DNA of 64,000 nucleotides, from NCBI GenBank assembly GCA_964559135.1, contig CAZLGG010000005.1:11609-75608 (forward strand), written 5' to 3'. The position numbers were made by a program, and so were the translations under genes. This DNA comes from an uncultured Planctomycetia bacterium (GTDB taxonomy: Bacteria > Planctomycetota > GCA-002687715 > DRQF01). Below the pieces are notes generated by a model. That model was not told the origin of the DNA. It saw only the letters and a list, made by a program, of their open reading frames with translations, and did no database searches. Shown here in pieces: positions 1 through 7,723 of this stretch (position 1 is its first letter; each line of letters begins with the position of its first letter).

Positions 1-2
1 AC

Positions 3-3000
3 GGCAAGCAGATCGCTTTCCTCTCCGACCGTGACGCCGCAAGGCAGATCCACGTTATCCCCAGCGATGGCGGAATTCCGCGGCGTGTGACCCTCAATAC
101 GGAGGGGTACGGTCTCCAAGAGTGGCTTCCTGACGGCCAGGGATTCTTGACCCTGGCCCAGCGGGATCATTTCTGGCGTCGTGCGGCCCGCTTCTTCCTG
201 CGCCCGATGGACGGCACACAGGCCGAGCGCCTCCTCTTCGACGGCTACGGTCATGACGGGTGTCTCGACGCGACCGGCAACCTTCTTCTTTATGCTCGAG
301 AAGGCGCGCCGGTCTACCGCAAGCAGTACACGGGCTCTCAGGAGTCCCAGATATGGCTCTTCGACCGGAGCCAGGGAACCCATCGGTTGCTGCGCAAAGG
401 AAACGGCGGGTGCCGCTATCCCCTTTGGACCGAAAACCCCGGGGAGTTCCTCTACGTCTCCCAGGCCGACGGGACCTTCAACCTCTACCGAGGTCGCCTC
501 GGAGAAGACTCCGACCAACAACTCACCCGTTTCGAGGACGACGGTGTCCTTTTCCCCGCGATTTCCCGCAACGGTTCCAAAGTCGTCTTCCGGAGGCTCT
601 TCGACCTCTACAGTCTCGACCTGACGACGCCATCCCAACCCAAACGGCTGAGCATCACCGACGGCTCGGACCCCATCGTCAAGGAACACCGCAACGCCGT
701 TCTCGAGGCGGCCACCGATGCGTCCTACTCACCCGACGGCAAGGAGTGCTGTTTCACATCCGGCGGCGACCTTTGGGTGATGGACACGATCCTTCGGGAA
801 CCCGTGCGCATCACGCATTCACCGCAGGAGGAGCGTTCACCCCTTTTCGTGTCCTATGACGAGATCCTTTTCGTGAGCGACCAAGGCGGCCAAAGTGACA
901 TTTGGCGCGCGCGACGGAAGAATGACGACAAGTGGTTCTGGCAGCAGGAGGACTTCGACCTCGACAAGCTGACCGACGACGCGGATCTTGAGCGGGATCT
1001 CCGCCGGGTTCCGGAAAGCGACGAGGTTTGCTTCACGCGCGGTCGAGGCGACTTGATCCTCCTCGACCCCAAGACCGGGAAGTCCCGTCGACTGCTCGCG
1101 TCCTGGAACACTCCCCAGTACGATTTTTCCCCCGACGGCAAGTGGATCGCCTACGCCGTCGAGGACGGAAACTTCAATCGCGACGTGTTTCTGGCTCCGC
1201 TGGACGGCTCGCGGGCCCCGTTCAATCTTTCGCGCCACCCCGACACCGACGGAAGTCCCGCCTGGTCGAGCGACGGCAAGATCCTGGCCTTCGTGGGGCG
1301 CCATTGGAGGGACGAGGCCGACATCATCTACGTTCACCTCACCCAAAAGGGCGAGGACGAAGACGCAAGGCAAAGGAAGCTCGAGAAGGCGGTTGAAGCG
1401 ATGGCCAAGCGCAAGCACGCCAAGAAGAACAAGGCCAAGAAGTCCTCTCCCGCCGCCAAGTCCAAGAAGAAAACCGCCGACTCGGCCAAGAAACCGAAGA
1501 AGGTTTCCGTCGCCATCGACTTCGAGGGAATCCATGATCGGTTCCACCGCATCTCGATTCCGCGCAGCTTCGAATCAGGACTCTTTTTCTGGCCTGGCGA
1601 TGACAGACTCTGTTTTCAGGCTCAGATCGATGGGAAAAGAGGGCTCTACACGGTGACCTTCCCCGATCACCTGCGGCCGAAACTCCTCACGAGTTCGAGC
1701 CTTCGTCACCGCAAACCACTTGGCGAGGTGAAATCGATCTGCGGTCTCAGTGGCGGATCGCCGGCGCTCATGGACAAGAACGGACGCATCACGAAGCACG
1801 GGTTTAGCGTGAAGATCTCGTACCGTCTCGGTGATATCTACGAGGTCATCTTCGACCAGGCGTGGCGCGCCATGAGGGACGGCTGGTACGACCCTCGCAT
1901 GAACAACAAGAATTGGGACGAAATCCGACGCAAGTATGCTCCGGTCGCCAAGGAGTGCCTCGACGCCGCCTCGCTCTCCACCGTCTGCAACATGATGCTG
2001 GGCGAGCTCAACGGTTCGCACCTCGGCTTCCGCATGTCCCAGGGGACACTTCCCGGTGAGCAACGGCCGAGTCGGGGCCGCACATGGTCCCTCGAAACCC
2101 GTCATCTCGGTTGCCGCTTCGACCCCGCGTGGAAGGGCCCCGGCCTCAGGGTCAAGGACGTCATCAAAAAGACTCCCGCCGCCCGAAGCACGAGCCGAAT
2201 TCGTGCGGGCGAGATCGTCCTCGCCATCGACGGGAAACCGGTGGACCCCGGCATGGACATCGCCACGGTCCTCACCGTCGATCCCGATCGTTTCATCAAG
2301 GTCAAGGTGCAGGATGCCCAGGGCGAAACGCGCGTGGTGAGCATGCGCCCCACGAGTTATCGCTCCGTGCGCTCGCTGCTCTACGATCGATGGGTCGCCG
2401 ACAACGAACGCAAAGTGGAAGAGCTCTCCGGAGGTTCGCTCGGGTATCTCCACATCCGTGGGATGAACTTCAGAAGCTTCGAGAAATTCGAGGAAGAGCT
2501 TTTCCGGGTGGGGTACGGAAAAGACGGCCTCGTGATCGACGTGCGCGAGAACGGCGGCGGCTCGACGACGGACCACCTACTTACGGCCCTCACACAACCG
2601 GAACACGCTCTCACGCTTCCTCGGGGAGGCACGGAAAAGGACATCGGCTACCCGCAGGGCCGGAGAATCTACGCCACCTGGTCCAAACCCATCATCGTCC
2701 TCTGCAACCAGAACTCCTTCTCCAACGCGGAAATCTTCTCCCACGCCATCAAGAGCCTGAAGCGTGGTCGACTCGTCGGTGTTCGCACGGCGGGTGGCGT
2801 CATCTCCACCGGCGGGATGTCCATCATGGGCATGGCGTTCGTCCGGATGCCCTTCCGAGGATGGTTCGTGCTCCCCACGGGCGAGGACATGGAGCTCAAC
2901 GGCGCGGACCCCGAGGTGACCATCTGGCCCCTGCCGGGCGAATGGCCGAGCGGTAAGGATCAGCAGTTGGAAAAAGCCGTGGAACTGCTGTCCGAGGACG

Positions 3001-3056
3001 TGGCGACGTGGAAGGCCCGCCCCCGTCCGAAGCTGCGATACCGCACCGAGCGCTGA
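3..3056 (+). CDS. Tricorn-like S41 family peptidase (PD40/beta-propeller repeats, PDZ, S41 catalytic domain); 5'-truncated by the window edge
   Basis: Frame is open from base 3 (GKQIAFLSDRD...). Repeated SPDGK motifs, PDZ (IRAGEIVLAIDG), GYLHIRGM, IDVRENGGG and SFSNAEIF catalytic motifs. Confidence 0.9.
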   Translation, partial: GKQIAFLSDRDAARQIHVIPSDGGIPRRVTLNTEGYGLQEWLPDGQGFLTLAQRDHFWRRAARFFLRPMDGTQAERLLFDGYGHDGCLDATGNLLLYAREGAPVYRKQYTGSQESQIWLFDRSQGTHRLLRKGNGGCRYPLWTENPGEFLYVSQADGTFNLYRGRLGEDSDQQLTRFEDDGVLFPAISRNGSKVVFRRLFDLYSLDLTTPSQPKRLSITDGSDPIVKEHRNAVLEAATDASYSPDGKECCFTSGGDLWVMDTILREPVRITHSPQEERSPLFVSYDEILFVSDQGGQSDIWRARRKNDDKWFWQQEDFDLDKLTDDADLERDLRRVPESDEVCFTRGRGDLILLDPKTGKSRRLLASWNTPQYDFSPDGKWIAYAVEDGNFNRDVFLAPLDGSRAPFNLSRHPDTDGSPAWSSDGKILAFVGRHWRDEADIIYVHLTQKGEDEDARQRKLEKAVEAMAKRKHAKKNKAKKSSPAAKSKKKTADSAKKPKKVSVAIDFEGIHDRFHRISIPRSFESGLFFWPGDDRLCFQAQIDGKRGLYTVTFPDHLRPKLLTSSSLRHRKPLGEVKSICGLSGGSPALMDKNGRITKHGFSVKISYRLGDIYEVIFDQAWRAMRDGWYDPRMNNKNWDEIRRKYAPVAKECLDAASLSTVCNMMLGELNGSHLGFRMSQGTLPGEQRPSRGRTWSLETRHLGCRFDPAWKGPGLRVKDVIKKTPAARSTSRIRAGEIVLAIDGKPVDPGMDIATVLTVDPDRFIKVKVQDAQGETRVVSMRPTSYRSVRSLLYDRWVADNERKVEELSGGSLGYLHIRGMNFRSFEKFEEELFRVGYGKDGLVIDVRENGGGSTTDHLLTALTQPEHALTLPRGGTEKDIGYPQGRRIYATWSKPIIVLCNQNSFSNAEIFSHAIKSLKRGRLVGVRTAGGVISTGGMSIMGMAFVRMPFRGWFVLPTGEDMELNGADPEVTIWPLPGEWPSGKDQQLEKAVELLSEDVATWKARPRPKLRYRTER

Positions 3057-3069
3057 CGGGATCAGGCGG

Positions 3070-3843
3070 TCACAGGTCGGGATACAGGTCGACGCGGCGA
3101 TCGGCGAGAAACGAGAAGCGCTCGCGGCACGCCCGGACCTGCGCGGCCCCCACGGTGCCCGACACCTCGGCTTCCTGCCACGCCGCGGCGGCGATGACTT
3201 CGCCCATGGGGTCGATGAGAGCCGAGTCTCCCCGATAGACGAGGCCGGACCCCTCCCCGACACGATTCACGCCGAGGACGAACGCCTGGTTCTCCATGGC
3301 GCGGGCCCGCAGCAGCGTGCGCCACGCGGCGCTGCGCACGACGGGCCAGTTCGCGATGACGCAGAAGAGGTCCGTACCCTCGGCGGTCCGCCGGAACGGT
3401 TCGGGAAAACGCAGGTCGTAGCAGATCAAGGGTGTCACGCGAAGACCTTCCACGTCCAAGGTCTCGAGGGTGCAACCGGCCTCGAAGACCTCGTTCTCCC
3501 CCGCGAGGCTGAAGGGGTGGACCTTGTGGTAGAGGAGCCTCTCCCGGCCTTGCGGGTCGAAGAGCGCTGCGGCATTGCGCGGGCGCGGTTCGCCGGGCTC
3601 GGCGAAGCCACCCAGAATCCAGAGCCCGAGACGGGACGCTTCCTCCGCGAGGAACGACCTGATCTCGCCCGCCTTCGGGGCCACGAGGTCCGCCGCCATG
3701 CTGAAACCCGTCGCGAACATTTCGGGCAGGACGCACAGTCGCGCGCCCTCTTCCGCCGCCCGACTCAGGCGGGGTCGCAGGGCATCGAAGTTGGCGGACG
3801 GGTCTTCCCAGACGATGTCGCTTTGAATTCCCGTGATCCTCAT
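3070..3843 (-). CDS. Carbon-nitrogen hydrolase (nitrilase superfamily), omega-amidase YafV/Nit2-like
   Basis: Triad motifs LPEMF, YHKVH, ICYDLRFPE; ARAMENQ; ATGA overlap with the aminotransferase. Confidence 0.88.
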   Translation of the reverse strand: MRITGIQSDIVWEDPSANFDALRPRLSRAAEEGARLCVLPEMFATGFSMAADLVAPKAGEIRSFLAEEASRLGLWILGGFAEPGEPRPRNAAALFDPQGRERLLYHKVHPFSLAGENEVFEAGCTLETLDVEGLRVTPLICYDLRFPEPFRRTAEGTDLFCVIANWPVVRSAAWRTLLRARAMENQAFVLGVNRVGEGSGLVYRGDSALIDPMGEVIAAAAWQEAEVSGTVGAAQVRACRERFSFLADRRVDLYPDL

Positions 3844-5006
3844 GATCCCATCGTCTCCAATCTCCCTGCGGCCTCGCGCAGAGTGTCCATGGTCTTGCAG
3901 AACGCGAACCGTGCGAGCTTGCTCCCAGCAGCTGGATTCGCCGTGTAGAAGGCGCTCGGAGGAATGGCGGCGATGCCGACGTTGTCGATGAGGTGTCGGA
4001 CGAACTCCACATCCGTTCCCTCGAAGACCGCGCTGAAATCGGCAAGGACGAAATAGGTGCCCTCGGGAACGAAGGGAGACAACCCCGCCCGGCTCAACGC
4101 ATCGACGAGGAAGTCTCTCCGCTCCGAGTAGTCTCTCGAAAATTCGGTCAGATAGTCGTCCCGCAACTCATCCAACGCGAATGCGGCGGCCTTCTGAAGA
4201 GGGGTCGCCGTGGCGAAGGTCAAAAACTGATGGGCGGCTTGCGCGGCGGCGATCATGTCTTTTGGTCCCGTAGCCCACCCGACCTTCCACCCGGTTACGG
4301 AATAGCTCTTGCCGAGGCTGGAGACGCTCCAGGTCCTCTCCTTCATGCCGGGGAGAGTCGCCAGAGGAACATGCGTCGCCCCATCGTAGACGAGATACTC
4401 GTAGACCTCGTCGGTCAGCACGCGCAGCCCATGCTCCAAGCAGAGTTCAGCCACGATCTCCAACTCCTCGGTGTCGAAGACGCGCCCCGTGGGATTATGG
4501 GGCGAATTCAGAACGATGAGGCGCGTGCGGGGAGTGATGGCGCGTTCCAAGGCGCTCGACCGAATGCGAAAATCGGGCGCGTCGAGCGTGACGAACCTCG
4601 GCTTGGCGCCCGCCAACGCCGCGCAGGCGGGGTAGCTGTCATAGTAGGGTTCGAAAAACACCACCTCGTCGCCCGGATTCAGCATTCCGAGCATGGCGGC
4701 GGCAAGACCTTCGGTCGCGCCTGAATAGACTCCCACCTCGATCTGGGGATCGTATTCGAGTCCGTAGTCCGCGCGGCGGCGATCCGCGACGGCGCGGACG
4801 AGCTCGGGATGTCCCATCGATCGGGTGTATTGATTCTCTCCCCCATCCAGAGCCCGAGACGCCGCGCGGATGAGTTCTTTCGGTCCGTCGAAATCGGGAA
4901 AACCCTGGGACAGGTTGATGGCGCCCCGCTCCTGGGCGAGGCGCGTCATCTCACTGAAGATCGTGGTGCCGAAGGGTTCGAGTTTCTGGGCTTGAGCCGG
5001 TCGCAT
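3840..5006 (-). CDS. PLP-dependent class I/II aminotransferase (YbdL/glutamine transaminase K-like)
   Basis: AINLSQGFPDF, NSPHNPTG, DEVYE, SLGKSYSVTGWKVG. ATG at 5006 with GAGGTG SD upstream. Confidence 0.9.
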   Translation of the reverse strand: MRPAQAQKLEPFGTTIFSEMTRLAQERGAINLSQGFPDFDGPKELIRAASRALDGGENQYTRSMGHPELVRAVADRRRADYGLEYDPQIEVGVYSGATEGLAAAMLGMLNPGDEVVFFEPYYDSYPACAALAGAKPRFVTLDAPDFRIRSSALERAITPRTRLIVLNSPHNPTGRVFDTEELEIVAELCLEHGLRVLTDEVYEYLVYDGATHVPLATLPGMKERTWSVSSLGKSYSVTGWKVGWATGPKDMIAAAQAAHQFLTFATATPLQKAAAFALDELRDDYLTEFSRDYSERRDFLVDALSRAGLSPFVPEGTYFVLADFSAVFEGTDVEFVRHLIDNVGIAAIPPSAFYTANPAAGSKLARFAFCKTMDTLREAAGRLETMGS

Positions 5007-5044
5007 GGACACCTCGCATCTGGAACCGAAGAAAGGACTCGAGG

Positions 5045-5098
5045 ATCATATTCCAGGTCGGCGTCCATGGGAACGCGGCCCCGGTTTCCTGCTATCCT
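5045..5098. promoter_or_regulatory. Back-to-back -10 elements of a divergent promoter pair
   Basis: Minus-strand TATGAT (5045-5050) upstream of the aminotransferase; plus-strand TGcTATCCT extended -10 (5090-5098) 8 nt before ATG 5107. Confidence 0.45.
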
Positions 5099-5106
5099 CT
5101 CTCGCC

Positions 5107-5934
5107 ATGGAACACGCCCTCGAGCAGTACTTCCTTCATCTCGAGCGGGCGGGATTGAAGCCGGCCTCCGACTGGCGACTTCATCGCGACCCCGACGTGA
5201 AGCCAAGCACAGCCAAGGCCCGCGATCCCGTGTCCGGGTGCCTGGAGCTCAGCCCGGGTCTGAGGCTCCTGGAGTCGGTCTCCGGGGGAATTCGTTCCGA
5301 TCACGCGACCCTTGCCGTGGCGCGCGTTCTCGTGGAGCGCTCCGAAGAATTGTCGGGAACGCGACTCCTCGAAATCGGTTGCGGCACCGGCGTTCTTTCC
5401 ATTCTCGCGGCACGCCTGGGGGCCCGCGTCACGGCGACCGATCTCGACGAAGACGCCCTGGCTCTCGCCGCGAACAACGCTCGAGCCAATCAGGTCGACG
5501 TCGATGTTCGCTACGGCTCACTTCTCGATCCACTCGATTCCAGTGAGAGATTCCGTTGGATCGTCGCCAACCTGCCCCAAAAACCTGCTTCGAAGGAGGG
5601 TCTCTTACCCCTTGCGAACTGGGGCGGCCCCGAGGGCGATGAACTGTTTCAGGGGCTCTTCGGAGGCATCGTCCCCCACCTGGATCCCGAAGGGCGAGCG
5701 CTTTTCTTCATGCACTCCCTTCCCCACCCGCGGTTCCTGGCTCGTCTCCAAGAGGATTTCGACCTTCGCCCCCTGCGCTGGTATCTCCGGTGGATCGAGC
5801 GCGGCGAATTCGGATCTCTTGGCGAGGTCTTCGAGGAGAGGTCCCGCAAGGGGCTCTCCCATCTCCATCACGAAGGCGACGATGCGGCGCTCGTGTGTTG
5901 CGTTTGGTCGGCTCAGCCGGTGAATTCGTCATGA
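5107..5934 (+). CDS. Class I SAM-dependent methyltransferase (HemK/PrmA-like fold)
   Basis: Motif I LLEIGCGTG, ATDLD, IVANLPQ (NPPY-like). Start placed at ATG 5107, not 5005, which overlaps the divergent gene. Confidence 0.8.
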   Translation: MEHALEQYFLHLERAGLKPASDWRLHRDPDVKPSTAKARDPVSGCLELSPGLRLLESVSGGIRSDHATLAVARVLVERSEELSGTRLLEIGCGTGVLSILAARLGARVTATDLDEDALALAANNARANQVDVDVRYGSLLDPLDSSERFRWIVANLPQKPASKEGLLPLANWGGPEGDELFQGLFGGIVPHLDPEGRALFFMHSLPHPRFLARLQEDFDLRPLRWYLRWIERGEFGSLGEVFEERSRKGLSHLHHEGDDAALVCCVWSAQPVNSS

Positions 5935-6737
5935 AGCGGTTTCTCGTCATCAATGCTGACGACGCGGGACTCGACCCCCGCTTGGACGCCGTCATTCTCG
6001 AACTGGCCCGTGGACCGTTGAAGTCGGCATCCGTCTTGACGACGCAGAAGGGATTCCGAAGCTTCACGGCCCGTGCGTTGGATCTCGGCATGGGCCTCGG
6101 CCTCCATTTCGATCTCACGACGGGCCCGGCGCTGGGGGGGCCCTACGCAACGCTGACGGACCGGCAGGGCCGCTTCATCACCCCGAAAGAGGAGGTCTGG
6201 AAGCGAGCGCTCGCAGGGGCCATCGACCCTCGCGAGGTCGCCATCGAGGCGCGTCTTCAGTGGGAGGCTCTCCTCGACGCCGGCGTCCGACCGGACCACA
6301 TCGACGGACACAATCACGTCCATGTCCTTCCGGGGGTCTTCGAGGGCCTCGTCGCCGCACTGGGTCACGTCACCGACGTATTCTTCCGCATCCCTCTCGG
6401 ACGCGGTCCCGACACGGGGCGCTGTCCCCACGTCCGCCGTCACGCCGCCGCACTGCGCTCCCATCCGGATCGGATTCCCGCTGGATGGCGACGGGTACAG
6501 GCCTTCACGGGCCATCGTTTCATGGAGAGGCCCACCAGCCTGTCCGAACTCGAGGTCTTCGACGACGAGGACGTACGGTCCGTCGAATGGATGGTTCATC
6601 CAGGCCGCTCCGACCTCTCTCCTTTCCGCGCGGACGGTCGCCGGAGGCAGGAGGTCGACGTGCTTCGCTCGCAGGAATTGAGGCTGCAACTCGAGAAGCA
6701 TGGCCTCGTCTCCTGCCGATTCGGGGATATCCCGTGA
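5931..6737 (+). CDS. ChbG/HpnK (YdjC) family carbohydrate deacetylase
   Basis: INADDAG, GLHFDLT, HIDGHNHVH, EWMVHPG motifs; ATGA overlap with the methyltransferase. Confidence 0.88.
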   Translation: MKRFLVINADDAGLDPRLDAVILELARGPLKSASVLTTQKGFRSFTARALDLGMGLGLHFDLTTGPALGGPYATLTDRQGRFITPKEEVWKRALAGAIDPREVAIEARLQWEALLDAGVRPDHIDGHNHVHVLPGVFEGLVAALGHVTDVFFRIPLGRGPDTGRCPHVRRHAAALRSHPDRIPAGWRRVQAFTGHRFMERPTSLSELEVFDDEDVRSVEWMVHPGRSDLSPFRADGRRRQEVDVLRSQELRLQLEKHGLVSCRFGDIP

Positions 6738-7723
6738 GAGTCCTCATCATCGAACCACGCCTCGCGCACCGAGGGCGAGGAAACCTGACGACGACGCGTC
6801 GATGGACACAGGGACTCAGAGCAAAAGGGGTCGATGTCGTGACCGCGGCGCCGGACGAAGTCGGGGGTCTCGACGATGACGCGTTCGATGTCGTTCATGC
6901 CCATCACGCCGGCCGTTCCGGGCCCGCCGGGGTCACTCTGGCGCACAGGCACCGCCTTCCTCTCGTCGTGAGTTCCGGGGGCACCGACATCCGGGGGCCC
7001 CGCGCTTTCACCCCCGAGACGCAAGACGTCTTGCGGAAGGCCGACCTCGTCATCTCACCCTTCTCCTCCGACGCCGACGTCCTCGAGGACGCCCTGGGAG
7101 GCGCGGTCCCCTTCGCAGCCGTACCTCGCGGAATCCCCGTCGGAACACCGCCCGTGCCCCCGGAGGTTTCGGAGTCCAATCGCTGGCTCTTCTCGGGCGG
7201 TCTACGGGACGTCAAAGACCCCCTCCTCGCCGCGCGTACCGCCGCGGCCGCGCGACGCGCGGGCTTCGACGTCGTCCTGGACATCTACGGACCGGCGATC
7301 GACGAGGGCCTTCTCCGTGACCTCGAAGACGCACTCGCCCAGACCCCCGACCGCTACCACGGCGAGGTGTCCCCGCGAGCCATGGGCGAAATCTACACGT
7401 CCCATGATCTTCTGATCAACAGCTCGATCAGCGAAGGAGCCTCGAACAGCATCCTCGAAGGGTGGCGAAGCGGGCTCGTCGTGCTGGCCCGACGCGCACC
7501 GGGGAACGTCGAAATGCTCCGCGATGCGCGCAAGGAAATCGCCTTCCTCTTCGACGAGAAGCGTCTCCTCGATGCGCCGATGCGCGATTGGCTGAGGGCA
7601 GCCATGGGCGATCGCCGCGCCAACGCGCGACGTGCGTGGGAACACGTCAGGGACCACCACTCCCTGGAGAGGGAGATCGATGCACTCCTCGGGGCCTACC
7701 GGCGCGTGGTTGCTATGGGCTGA
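6734..7723 (+). CDS. GT4 glycosyltransferase of the SenB/GLT1D1-like subgroup
   Basis: GNLTTTRRW, HAGRS, GGTD, GGLRDVKD, SSISEGASNSILE (E-x7-E), PGNVEML; GTGA overlap with the deacetylase. Confidence 0.8.
   Translation: MRVLIIEPRLAHRGRGNLTTTRRWTQGLRAKGVDVVTAAPDEVGGLDDDAFDVVHAHHAGRSGPAGVTLAHRHRLPLVVSSGGTDIRGPRAFTPETQDVLRKADLVISPFSSDADVLEDALGGAVPFAAVPRGIPVGTPPVPPEVSESNRWLFSGGLRDVKDPLLAARTAAAARRAGFDVVLDIYGPAIDEGLLRDLEDALAQTPDRYHGEVSPRAMGEIYTSHDLLINSSISEGASNSILEGWRSGLVVLARRAPGNVEMLRDARKEIAFLFDEKRLLDAPMRDWLRAAMGDRRANARRAWEHVRDHHSLEREIDALLGAYRRVVAMG

Noticed and set aside
5004-5007. Head-to-head genes apparently sharing one CATG as start codon on both strands
   Set aside because: The methyltransferase more plausibly starts at ATG 5107 behind a -10 box; the overlap comes from longest-ORF calling.
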